13,879 nucleotides of DNA, taken from the NCBI GenBank assembly GCA_039801565.1, contig JBDRUX010000067.1, positions 1 through 13,879 on the forward strand, given 5' to 3'. Shown piece by piece: positions 1-7,775 of the stretch. The DNA comes from a candidate division WOR-3 bacterium. Its GTDB lineage: Bacteria; Hydrothermota; Tepidihabitantia; Tepidihabitantales; JAOUPE01. Under the pieces are notes generated by a model. The model saw nothing but the letters and a program-made list of their open reading frames with translations. It was not told the origin of the DNA and ran no database searches. The first letter of the stretch is position 1, and every line of letters begins with the position of its first letter. Position numbers and translations under genes: made by a program.

Positions 1-873
1 GGCTACCGGGATGTTAGTAATTATTTGATTGGTTGCACCATCAATTACAGTCACTAATTCGTAATCGTTAGCACAATAAATCTTATTATTGGTCGGATTA
101 TAGGCTAAGGCTTTTGGTTCTGCTCCGACTCGAATTATCGCAATAACTTGATTGGTTGCACCGTCAATTACATCAATATCATCACTGCCATTATTAGCCG
201 AATAGATTTTATCATTTACTGAGTTATAAGCTAAGGCACAGGGATACATACCGGTTCGAATTGTGGTTATTACCGTATCACCAGCACCGTCAATTATAGT
301 CAATTCATCACTTTCGTAATTGGAACAATAGATTTTGTTATCGGTTGGATTATGGAGTAGAACCGAAGGTCCGGTTCCAACTAAAATCGTGGTAATGACG
401 CTATCGGTTGCACCGTCAAGCACCGTCACATTATCACTTCCGTTATTGGCGCAATAAATTTTGTTATCAATTGGGTTAAAGACCAAAGCGGTTGGATAAT
501 CTCCGGTAGGAATTGTAGCAATTACTGAATCACTAATGCCGTCAATAACACTGAGGCTGTTGGTAAAATAATTGGCACAATAAACTTTATTATTTATTGA
601 ATTCCAGCAGAGTGCTTTTACTGCGCTGGCAGTTGGAATCTTAGCAATTCGCTGGTTGGTTGAGCCGTCCAGTACGATTAGGCAATTACCAATTTGTCCG
701 CCAACATAAATCTTATTATTAGTGGCATTATAAGCGAAAGTTTGCGGATCACGGAGTCCGGATAAGCTATCAGGAACAAAAATTGTCATTTCCAGCCATT
801 GTGCCGAAGAAATAATCGGAAATAATAACCAGAACCAAGTAAAGGGTGATATGAGTTTATTTAATCTAACCAT
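1..873 (-). CDS. Secreted YVTN/YncE-family beta-propeller repeat protein (3' end runs off the window)
   Basis: Manual translation from ATG at 873 (SD AGGAGG upstream) gives 291 open codons: MVRLNKLISPFTWFWLLFPIISSAQWLEMTIFVPDSLSG... A signal peptide is followed by ~42-aa repeats such as ALVFNPIDNKIYCANNGSDNVTVLDGATDSVITTILVGTGP. Not in the ORF track because there is no stop codon in the window. Confidence 0.92.
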   Translation of the reverse strand, partial: MVRLNKLISPFTWFWLLFPIISSAQWLEMTIFVPDSLSGLRDPQTFAYNATNNKIYVGGQIGNCLIVLDGSTNQRIAKIPTASAVKALCWNSINNKVYCANYFTNSLSVIDGISDSVIATIPTGDYPTALVFNPIDNKIYCANNGSDNVTVLDGATDSVITTILVGTGPSVLLHNPTDNKIYCSNYESDELTIIDGAGDTVITTIRTGMYPCALAYNSVNDKIYSANNGSDDIDVIDGATNQVIAIIRVGAEPKALAYNPTNNKIYCANDYELVTVIDGATNQIITNIPVA

Positions 874-931
874 CTTGCCTCCTTTTTCTGCATGAGGTCT
901 CCTCTTCCGGCAAGCAAGTCAATCTTTTGTT

Positions 932-959
932 ATTTTAACCTAAAGAAAAATCTTGTCAA
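932..959 (-). promoter_or_regulatory. sigma70-type promoter for the YVTN gene
   Basis: Minus strand TTGACA (959-954), 16 bp, TAAAAT (937-932). Confidence 0.65.
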
Positions 960-1140
960 GGAAAATTTTGCAAGCGTTTATAGAGATTGTATTCGGTCTT
1001 ATTGGATAGCTTTAGATAAAGGTATTATCAGGATTTACTTTCGCCAACAAAATAAAGTTGAGGGCAAACTCCGACATTGCTTTTTTCCGAAATTTTAAAT
1101 TAGAAAATCCAACTAAGAATTGATAATGCCGATTAACTTT

Positions 1141-2580
1141 TTAGTAGGCTCGGGCATAATAGACGATTGTTTCGGTCCTTTCACCACAGATGATGCATTT
1201 ACCTTTATCGGTTTCATCTAAGGGTATGCAGCGGGGTGTGGTTTTGGTCTTTTCTCTAATTACGTCTTCACATTCTTGTTTGCCACACCAAAAGATTTTT
1301 ATGAAGCCAGGTCTTTGAGCTAACTGTTTATTAAATTCTTCAATCGTCTCGGCTTCTGAGATATTTTCTTCTAAGAATTTTTTAGCCCGTTCGAATAGGT
1401 TTTTTTGCACATCGTTTAACATCGCTCCCACCACTCGAACGATTTCGGTCTCTTTTGCCGCTGGCTTACCAGTCTTATCCCGTGGCACCAATACCACTTG
1501 TCCCTTCTCAATATCTTTCGGTCCGATTTCTAATCGAATTGGCACTCCTCGCAATTCCCATTCATTAAATTTCCAGCCTGGTGTGTATTCAATTCGGTCG
1601 TCAAGATGAACTCGATAGTTTTCACCCAGAATCTCTTTTAATTCTTTCGCTTTATTTAACACCTTTTCGTCGTCTTTGCCGTAAAGAATTGGTACGATTA
1701 CAACTTGAATTGGGGCGACTTTTGGTGGTAGGGCTAAACCGGAATCATCGCCATGAGTCATAATTATTGCTCCAATCAATCGGGTCGTGCAACCCCAAGA
1801 TGTGCCCCAGGCATACTTCTCGGTATTATCGGCATCAAGATATTTTATCTCAAAAGCCTTAGCAAAATGTTGTCCTAAGTTATGGGAAGTTCCGGCTTGA
1901 ATGGCTTGGCCATCCGGCATCAATGCCTCAAAGGTATAAGTCCGCAAGGCGCCCGGAAATTTTTCGCTCTCTGGTTTTCGACCATAAATCACCGGTAATG
2001 CCAAATCGTTCTCGGCAAAGTCAACATAGATTTTCAACATCTTCAAAGCCTCTTCCTCGGCTTCGGTTTCGGTTCGATGCAAAGTATGCCCTTCCTGCCA
2101 AAGAAATTCGGTGGTGCGTAAAAATAACCGCGTCGACTTTTCCCAACGCACGATGTTACACCATTGGTTGATAAGGATTGGCAAATCTCGATAAGACTTC
2201 ACCCATTTGGCATACATACTACAGATGATTGCTTCCGAAGTTGGTCGGATAGCTAATCGTTCGGTCAAATCCTCATCACCACCTCGGGTCACCCAGGCGA
2301 CCTGAGGTGAAAAACCTTTAACATGCTCGGCTTCTTTCTTTAAGAATGACTCTGGAACGAATAAAGGAAAATAAGCATTTTTATGACCGGTTGCCTTAAA
2401 TCTTCGGTCAAGGCTATTTTGCATATTTTCCCAAAGGCTATACCCATAGGGACGAATCACCATACACCCACGCACCGGGGCGTAATCAGCCAACTCGGCT
2501 TTAAGAATGACCGAAGTGTACCACTCCGAAAAATTATCCTTTTTCGAAGGTATTTCTTTTACCGTTGTTTCATTCTGCAT
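1141..2580 (-). CDS. proS: Proline--tRNA ligase, archaeal/eukaryote-like (Thermus-type) form
   Basis: 479 aa. Motifs FSEWY, IRPTSE, QWCNIVRWE..FLRTTEFLWQEGHT, GTSHNLGQHFAKAF, SWG.TTRLIG; anticodon-binding domain (PGWKFNEWELRGVP); C-terminal Cys/Zn domain ending in ARAY; no INS editing domain. Confidence 0.97.
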   Translation of the reverse strand: MQNETTVKEIPSKKDNFSEWYTSVILKAELADYAPVRGCMVIRPYGYSLWENMQNSLDRRFKATGHKNAYFPLFVPESFLKKEAEHVKGFSPQVAWVTRGGDEDLTERLAIRPTSEAIICSMYAKWVKSYRDLPILINQWCNIVRWEKSTRLFLRTTEFLWQEGHTLHRTETEAEEEALKMLKIYVDFAENDLALPVIYGRKPESEKFPGALRTYTFEALMPDGQAIQAGTSHNLGQHFAKAFEIKYLDADNTEKYAWGTSWGCTTRLIGAIIMTHGDDSGLALPPKVAPIQVVIVPILYGKDDEKVLNKAKELKEILGENYRVHLDDRIEYTPGWKFNEWELRGVPIRLEIGPKDIEKGQVVLVPRDKTGKPAAKETEIVRVVGAMLNDVQKNLFERAKKFLEENISEAETIEEFNKQLAQRPGFIKIFWCGKQECEDVIREKTKTTPRCIPLDETDKGKCIICGERTETIVYYARAY

Positions 2581-2588
2581 TGTGCTTT

Positions 2589-2616
2589 AGCCTACTAAAA
2601 AAATGTCGCTTGTCAA
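2589..2616 (-). promoter_or_regulatory. sigma70-type promoter for proS (near-leaderless)
   Basis: TTGACA (2616-2611), 16 bp, TAGGCT (2594-2589). Only 8 nt separate the -10 from the ATG and there is no SD. Confidence 0.55.
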
Positions 2617-2643
2617 GAGCGAGATTTATGCCAAAGCGAAATT

Positions 2644-3201
2644 TTAAATAAGGATTCGAGTCTTATTCGATTTATTACTATCTTTGCCCGCGGTTTTAGT
2701 TTTAAAAATAAATTCTGTAATTCGATTCCTAAATCGGGCAAATTCTTGCGACAAATTTGGTGCCTTCTTACCCAAGGCTAAAATCCGGTTGGAAACCGAA
2801 GACCGCTGGAATATCGCTTGAGAATTCGGACTTAAGGTAAGAACAATGAGCAGAAGCGCCCAGATGATTACAATGCCTTGTAAAAAACCATAAACTCCAC
2901 CAATTATTTTATCCAACCAGTCTAATTTAATTGCGCTAACAAATTTTTTGACAATAACTCTTAATAACATTGTAATTAAGAAAACTGTAACAAAGACAAT
3001 AACAAAGCGGAGAATTTGATTCCAAGGTTCTGGTACCAAAATTGGCGGCGACAATGAACTTAAAAGATAAGACTTTTCCAGTCCAAGCCATATGCCAAGG
3101 ATTAAACCAAGGGTTACAAAAATCTCGTGAACAAAGCCTTTAATAAAACCGTAGATTGTAAAAGCCAAAAGCAATGCGAGCAGAAATAAGTCAACCCCCA
3201 A
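2644..3201 (-). CDS. cvpA: CvpA (colicin V production) family membrane protein
   Basis: 185 aa with 4 hydrophobic segments; N-terminal D..ll.....GFIKGFVHE and LDKIIGGVYG motifs. TTG start with SD GGAGGTG. Confidence 0.88.
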   Translation of the reverse strand: MGVDLFLLALLLAFTIYGFIKGFVHEIFVTLGLILGIWLGLEKSYLLSSLSPPILVPEPWNQILRFVIVFVTVFLITMLLRVIVKKFVSAIKLDWLDKIIGGVYGFLQGIVIIWALLLIVLTLSPNSQAIFQRSSVSNRILALGKKAPNLSQEFARFRNRITEFIFKTKTAGKDSNKSNKTRILI

Positions 3202-3220
3202 ATTACACCTCCGGATTATA

Positions 3221-3248
3221 ATTATACCGAAAAATTATCTAAAGTCAA
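3221..3248 (-). promoter_or_regulatory. sigma70-type promoter for cvpA (divergent from hutU)
   Basis: TTGACT (3248-3243), 16 bp, TATAAT (3226-3221). Confidence 0.65.
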
Positions 3249-3259
3249 TAAATTTTTCA

Positions 3260-3287
3260 TTGACAGAATTTAAATTAGCTATAAAAT
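3260..3287 (+). promoter_or_regulatory. sigma70-type promoter for hutU (leaderless)
   Basis: TTGACA (3260-3265), 16 bp, TAAAAT (3282-3287). The ATG begins 7 nt after the -10 and there is no SD. Confidence 0.65.
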
Positions 3288-3293
3288 AACCTT

Positions 3294-4946
3294 ATGGAAT
3301 TCAAACCAATCAAAGCCGCCCGTGGCACGGTATTGTCTTGTAAGGGATGGCATCAAGAGGCAGCATTAAGAATGCTTCAGAATAACCTTGATGCCGAAGT
3401 AGCCGAAAGACCAGAAGAATTAATCGTTTATGGTGGCGCCGGTAAAGCCGCACGAAATTGGGAATGTTATTTAGCCATTGTCGAATCCTTAAAGAACTTA
3501 GAAAATGATGAGACACTTTTGATTCAGTCCGGCAAACCCGTTGGTATTTTTAAGACATTTCCCTATGCCCCAAGAGTCCTAATTGCCAATTCTTTATTAG
3601 TCCCAGCCTGGGCAAATTGGGACTATTTTCGAAAATTAGAAGCATTAGGTCTCATTATGTTCGGTCAGATGACCGCTGGATCCTGGATTTATATTGGAAC
3701 CCAAGGAATCATTCAAGGAACTTATGAAACTTTTGCCGAATGCGCCCGTAAACACTTTGGTGGAACGCTTCGAGGCAAATGGGTTTTAACTGCTGGTATG
3801 GGTGGGATGTCCGGTGCCCAACCTTTAGCCGTAACAATGAATGAAGGCGTAATCCTCGATGTCGAAGTTGACCCAAATCGAATCAGTCGTCGCATCAAAC
3901 AAGGCTTTTGTGATATGATGGTTGACAACTTAGACCAGGCACTCCGATTGGTTGATGAAGCAGTAAAGCAAAAAATACCCCGCTCAATCGGACTAGTAGG
4001 TAATGCCTCGGATATCCATCCCGAATTGGTCAAAAGGAATATAATCCCTGATGTTTTAACTGACCAAACATCAGCCCATGATGAGTTGAATGGTTATGTT
4101 CCGGGTAAAATGTCCTTAGAGGAAGCGCTCAGGCTTCGACAAAAAGACCCTGCAACCTACATCAAATATTCTTATGAATCAATGGCGCGCCAAATGGAGG
4201 CGATGCTTGAGATGCAAAAAAGGGGTGCCATCGCTTTTGATTATGGCAATAATCTTCGAGCCCAAGCCCAAAAAGCCGGGGTTAAAAATGCCTTTAATAT
4301 CCCAGGTTTCGTCTTAGAATATATCCGGCCCTTGTTCTGTCAAGGCAAAGGTCCATTTCGCTGGGTTGCCTTATCCGGTGATAAAGCCGATATCTACAAA
4401 ACCGACGATTTGGTCTTAAAACTCTTTCCAGATAATGAGTCCCTCAATCGTTGGATTCGATTAGCTCGAACTAAGATTCCATTTCAGGGTCTACCCGCAA
4501 GGATTTGCTGGTTAGGTTATGGCGAACGTGCCAAGTTTGGTTTAGCACTTAACGAGTTAGTGGGTAAGGGTGAGATTAGTGCGCCGGTCGTAATTGGCCG
4601 CGACCATCTCGATTCCGGTTCGGTTGCCTCACCCAATCGCGAGACCGAAAAGATGCGTGATGGTTCGGATGCCATTGCGGACTGGCCAATACTCAATGCT
4701 TTACTCAATGCCGTATCTGGTGCCTCTTGGGTCTCAGTCCATCATGGTGGTGGTGTCGGCATCGGTTATTCAATCCATGCTGGTCAGGTAATTGTTGCCG
4801 ATGGCACAGCTGAAATGGCAAAAAGGCTGGAACGGGTTTTAACTAATGACCCTGGTATTGGCATTGCTCGGCATTACGATGCCGGTTATGAGTTAGCCAT
4901 CAACACGGCAAAAAAACACGGCGTCAAAATCCCGATGCCGAAATAA
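3294..4946 (+). CDS. hutU: Urocanate hydratase (urocanase)
   Basis: 550 aa. Motifs [83 protein letters not shown]. Confidence 0.98.
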   Translation: MEFKPIKAARGTVLSCKGWHQEAALRMLQNNLDAEVAERPEELIVYGGAGKAARNWECYLAIVESLKNLENDETLLIQSGKPVGIFKTFPYAPRVLIANSLLVPAWANWDYFRKLEALGLIMFGQMTAGSWIYIGTQGIIQGTYETFAECARKHFGGTLRGKWVLTAGMGGMSGAQPLAVTMNEGVILDVEVDPNRISRRIKQGFCDMMVDNLDQALRLVDEAVKQKIPRSIGLVGNASDIHPELVKRNIIPDVLTDQTSAHDELNGYVPGKMSLEEALRLRQKDPATYIKYSYESMARQMEAMLEMQKRGAIAFDYGNNLRAQAQKAGVKNAFNIPGFVLEYIRPLFCQGKGPFRWVALSGDKADIYKTDDLVLKLFPDNESLNRWIRLARTKIPFQGLPARICWLGYGERAKFGLALNELVGKGEISAPVVIGRDHLDSGSVASPNRETEKMRDGSDAIADWPILNALLNAVSGASWVSVHHGGGVGIGYSIHAGQVIVADGTAEMAKRLERVLTNDPGIGIARHYDAGYELAINTAKKHGVKIPMPK

Positions 4947-4956
4947 ATTTGTTTAT

Positions 4957-5529
4957 TTAAATCTTTCGCACTGCCTTCAGATAAATTAACCCGTAGATTA
5001 CTACTATAATTACTATTGTTTGAAATTCTCTTTGAGCAGTTCGAAAATCGAATTTTTGGTTCTTAGCCAAAATTTTCTTTTGGCGAAAACTCGGTAGGAT
5101 GGCACTAACGGTTTTGCAATAAACCCGATATCTTTCTCCAAACTTTTGCTCTAAATAGTTTTGCTCGGATTTAATAATTATTCCATAATAAATCCAAAAA
5201 AGGATTATAACAAGGACCTGATAGAAAACCGGTGGATTTAAAGCCAAAAGGACACCAAAGGTTAAAAAGAAGTTACCTAAATATAATGGATTTCTTAAGA
5301 ACCGGTAAGGACCATTTTCGACTATCACTTCCCCATCTAATTCATTTGACCGTGCGGTCTTACCAATATAGCCACCTGCCCAAAAGCGTAATAACAAGCC
5401 AACTAAGATTATTGGCAAACTGAAAAATATTGTTTTGCTATAAGGTCGGGAAAGAAAGAAAGTCAACCAAAATGCAATAAAACCGATAACTCCCCGCCAA
5501 CGATAAAAAAATTTGCCCAATTTAACCAT
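4957..5529 (-). CDS. Isoprenylcysteine carboxylmethyltransferase / PEMT (Ste14) family membrane methyltransferase
   Basis: 190 aa, hydrophobic. LRFWAGGYIG, GPYRFLRNPLYLG and EQNYLEQKFGERY..YCK.V...LP are the family motifs. Substrate unknown. Confidence 0.88.
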   Translation of the reverse strand: MVKLGKFFYRWRGVIGFIAFWLTFFLSRPYSKTIFFSLPIILVGLLLRFWAGGYIGKTARSNELDGEVIVENGPYRFLRNPLYLGNFFLTFGVLLALNPPVFYQVLVIILFWIYYGIIIKSEQNYLEQKFGERYRVYCKTVSAILPSFRQKKILAKNQKFDFRTAQREFQTIVIIVVIYGLIYLKAVRKI

Positions 5530-5710
5530 TTTCAGTCATATTAAAAATTGAATCACGGAAAGTCAACCAGATAAATTTGTAATATTTAATATTTAGACCC
5601 GAGGTGTCCACTCGATCCAGCATATTATTATGGATTTTTAGGTTAACAACATTTCTTTCCAATAAGAAGTAGATACCCTGGTATGTATACGTTTGCATTT
5701 TTTCCTTCAC
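5522..5710 (-). CDS. Possible small hypothetical protein (62 aa)
   Basis: GTG start with GGAGGT 9 nt upstream (5725-5720). The stop overlaps the methyltransferase start by 8 nt. No recognisable motif. Confidence 0.25.
   Translation of the reverse strand: MKEKMQTYTYQGIYFLLERNVVNLKIHNNMLDRVDTSGLNIKYYKFIWLTFRDSIFNMTENG
5538..5566 (-). promoter_or_regulatory. Possible sigma70-type promoter for the methyltransferase
   Basis: TTGACT (5566-5561), 17 bp, TAATAT (5543-5538); 8 nt to the ATG, no SD. Confidence 0.45.
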
Positions 5711-5869
5711 AAAAGTAAGACCTCCATATATAATTATAATAGTGAAAAAGTGAAAATTAAAGAAGTGAGAGTATATGGACTTAACGGATTGTCATACTTT
5801 CTTAATCCCGATTCATACCACAGACTCAGAAAGACCCTATTCTACTCTGCATTCAAGAATAAAAGTAAT

Positions 5870-5925
5870 TGTAGCATTTATGCAACACAATTGCAAAAAT
5901 GCTGCACAGTGGCAAATTTTTACCA
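5870..5925. promoter_or_regulatory. Putative upstream activator sites for a sigma54 enhancer-binding protein
   Basis: Near-palindrome TGTAGCATTTATGCAACA (5870-5887, TGT-N12-ACA). A second GCA-N4-TGC copy 19 bp later (AATTGCAAAAATGCTGCA, 5889-5906). A third imperfect palindrome TGGCAAATTTTTACCA (5910-5925). These lie ~100-160 bp upstream of the predicted start. Confidence 0.6.
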
Positions 5926-6000
5926 AACCAATTGTTTTGTAATATAATTATAAGTAGCTAATATAAAATATGTTACATAATTTAATATAAAATTTAAATA

Positions 6001-6017
6001 TTGGCACAGAAATTGCG
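6001..6017 (+). promoter_or_regulatory. sigma54 (RpoN) -24/-12 promoter
   Basis: TTGGCACAGAAATTGCG matches TGGCAC-N5-TTGC with exact GG-N10-GC spacing. Predicted start ~6028; preceded by a very AT-rich spacer. Confidence 0.8.
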
Positions 6018-6126
6018 TTAAATAAAGGGTCCGGTTACATCCAATTGAAAAGTTATTGTAGAATTAACAAAATTTTGTTTGGCGTTTCAAAGCGCCAATT
6101 ATGAAAGGAGGTGATATAATTAGTAA

Positions 6127-6226
6127 ATCAGCGTTTGGGACTAACTTGGGGTGGAGTTAGTAACCCAAACCGATAATAAGAGATTCCAGCCTCAAAACAA
6201 GGAATCTCTATAATATAACACCCCAA
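6127..6226 (+). ncRNA. Putative structured 5' leader (hairpin, second hairpin, loop pseudoknot)
   Basis: Stem GTTTGGG-ACTAACT (6133-6146) / AGTTAGT-AA-CCCAAAC (6155-6170), loop TGGGGTGG. Second stem AGAGATTCC (6179-6187) / GGAATCTCT (6201-6209). TTGGGGTG (6146-6153) is exactly complementary to CACCCCAA (6219-6226). Confidence 0.55.
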
Positions 6227-6246
6227 TAAGCGGTAAGGAGGTAAAG

Positions 6247-7482
6247 ATGTTTAAGTATCTAAAAACTGTAAGCCTATTAGGGCTTATTCTAACCATTGGT
6301 TCAATTGGCGCGGCGACTTTGGATTATTACACGGGGACTCTTTATGCTGGGAAGACGAATCCGGTTGGTTCAATATATTATTATTTGGAATATAATGCAA
6401 CCGATACCGCTTTAAAAGTGACTTATGAGACCGATTCGCCTTGGATTTTAACCGGTTGTCATCTTCGCCTTGACACAATAGAACCGACAGAGCGAGGCGC
6501 CCCTGGTCAATATCCTTACAATTCCGGTCCAATCAATACCACTACCTATACCTTTACAATTCCGATAGATGAACTCAGGACACGATTTGGCATTGATTTT
6601 TGCACTTGGGTGTATGCTACAGCGCATTGTGAAATCTATTATGATGCCGATGGTGATGGATATTTTGACTGTGGCGAATTGGTGGAGACCGCTTTTGGCT
6701 GTGACCATTTGGTTGACCCCGAGCCAGGAAATCCTGGTTCAAGTGCCTGGTTTCGCTATTGCTGTTTCCATTTAACCAAGCCAGAGGAACCGGAGCCAAA
6801 TTGGACAACCTTCACTCCCGGCTTTTGGAAAAATCATCCGGATATGACGGCAACTTATCTTAGTAGTGGAATTGTGATTGCCGGCGTTTCAGTCACCACG
6901 CTCAATCAAGCGCTTGCCATACTTTCCAATCCAGCAGCGCGCGTCGCTTGGAATAGCTTCTTGTGCCATTTCTTATGCCTGATGCTTAACACCCGTTATG
7001 ACCCGACCCTACTTGGCGCCTATTACAATGATACTGCAGCCACTGGTGAATTTATGGAGAATATGACTATTAACCAGATTATTGCGATTGCTAATACCTA
7101 TACATCGTCAACGCCACGGGCGACTCTACTTGCAATGAAGGATGTTTTTGATGCGATAAATAATAATGTCCAATACCGAGTGCTTTGGGGCGGTCCGCAA
7201 GCTTGGGCTATCTCCCTGTCTAATTCCCGAGATATTCTCTTATATCCTAATCCGTTCAAGGATAAGACCGAAATCCGATTCGTGACTGGTTTGGTTGGCT
7301 CTGCCACCATTGGTATTTACGATTTGAATGGCAGAAAGGTCCGCGACCTTATTATGACTCGTAACTCTTTAGTTTGGGACGGCACTGATAACAATGGTAA
7401 GCGACTGGGTCGTGGCATTTACATTCTCAGACTTGAAAATGAATTCGGACGAACAACGGTAAAAGCGATAATCACGAACTAA
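6247..7482 (+). CDS. Secreted protein with C-terminal T9SS type A sorting / FlgD-Ig-like domain
   Basis: 411 aa. SD AAGGAGGT; signal peptide; DADGDGYFD Ca-binding-like loop; Pro/Glu linker; TPGFWKNH domain; C-terminus YPNPF...IYDLNGRKVR...WDGTDNNGKRLGRGIYILRL...TVKAIITN. Confidence 0.88.
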   Translation: MFKYLKTVSLLGLILTIGSIGAATLDYYTGTLYAGKTNPVGSIYYYLEYNATDTALKVTYETDSPWILTGCHLRLDTIEPTERGAPGQYPYNSGPINTTTYTFTIPIDELRTRFGIDFCTWVYATAHCEIYYDADGDGYFDCGELVETAFGCDHLVDPEPGNPGSSAWFRYCCFHLTKPEEPEPNWTTFTPGFWKNHPDMTATYLSSGIVIAGVSVTTLNQALAILSNPAARVAWNSFLCHFLCLMLNTRYDPTLLGAYYNDTAATGEFMENMTINQIIAIANTYTSSTPRATLLAMKDVFDAINNNVQYRVLWGGPQAWAISLSNSRDILLYPNPFKDKTEIRFVTGLVGSATIGIYDLNGRKVRDLIMTRNSLVWDGTDNNGKRLGRGIYILRLENEFGRTTVKAIITN

Positions 7483-7501
7483 CTCCGACTATCTAAGCAA
7501 A

Positions 7502-7538
7502 GGGGAAGGGGTTTATTGTTTGTTTTCACCCCTTCCCC
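7502..7538 (+). terminator. GC-rich hairpin downstream of the 411-aa gene (terminator or 3' stabiliser)
   Basis: GGGGAAGGGGT (7502-7512) / ACCCCTTCCCC (7528-7538), 11-bp perfect stem. No good U-tract; abuts the next -35 box. Confidence 0.55.
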
Positions 7539-7539
7539 C

Positions 7540-7567
7540 TTGACAGAATAAAATTTTTTGGTATAAT
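7540..7567 (+). promoter_or_regulatory. Consensus sigma70-type promoter for the 1022-aa gene
   Basis: TTGACA (7540-7545), 16 bp, TATAAT (7562-7567), with extended -10 TG. Confidence 0.8.
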
Positions 7568-7584
7568 AAAAAATAATTAATGAG

Positions 7585-7747
7585 GAGGCTTGGATTAAAG
7601 TTCCTAATATTCACTGCTAAATCTTATCACCAAGTCTCAATAAAAAGCCAGAAAAGGATTTCGGCTGGGTGGAGCACGAAATTCTAAAATAAAGATTTAT
7701 CCACCCAAATGGGTTACAAAATAACTGATAATCTGTAATGAGTTATT
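7585..7747 (+). ncRNA. Putative structured 5' leader (hairpins plus loop pseudoknot)
   Basis: Stem GAGGCTTGG (7585-7593) / CCAAGTCTC (7630-7638). Stem AGGATTTCG-GCT (7655-7666) / AGC-A-CGAAATTCT (7673-7685), loop GGGTGG. TGGGTGGA (7666-7673) is exactly complementary to TCCACCCA (7700-7707). Stem AATAACT (7720-7726) / AGTTATT (7741-7747). Confidence 0.55.
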
Positions 7748-7775
7748 AAAGAGTTAGACAGAAAGGAGGTTTAAG

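Noticed and set aside
1058..1095. GGGCAAAC resembling the start of a c-di-GMP-I riboswitch
   Set aside because: The GNRA-capped P2 stem, GCAAA junction and P3 stem are absent, and no gene lies downstream on that strand.
892..1098. 68-aa plus-strand ORF
   Set aside because: No SD, no motif, and it overlaps the promoter of the minus-strand YVTN gene; probably spurious.
1141..2580. Archaeal/eukaryote-type ProRS as evidence of recent horizontal transfer
   Set aside because: This ProRS form is widespread in bacteria (e.g. Bacteroidota, Thermus), so it is not unusual.
5693..5947. 84-aa plus-strand ORF
   Set aside because: TTG start without an SD; it runs through the putative activator sites in AT-rich regulatory DNA.
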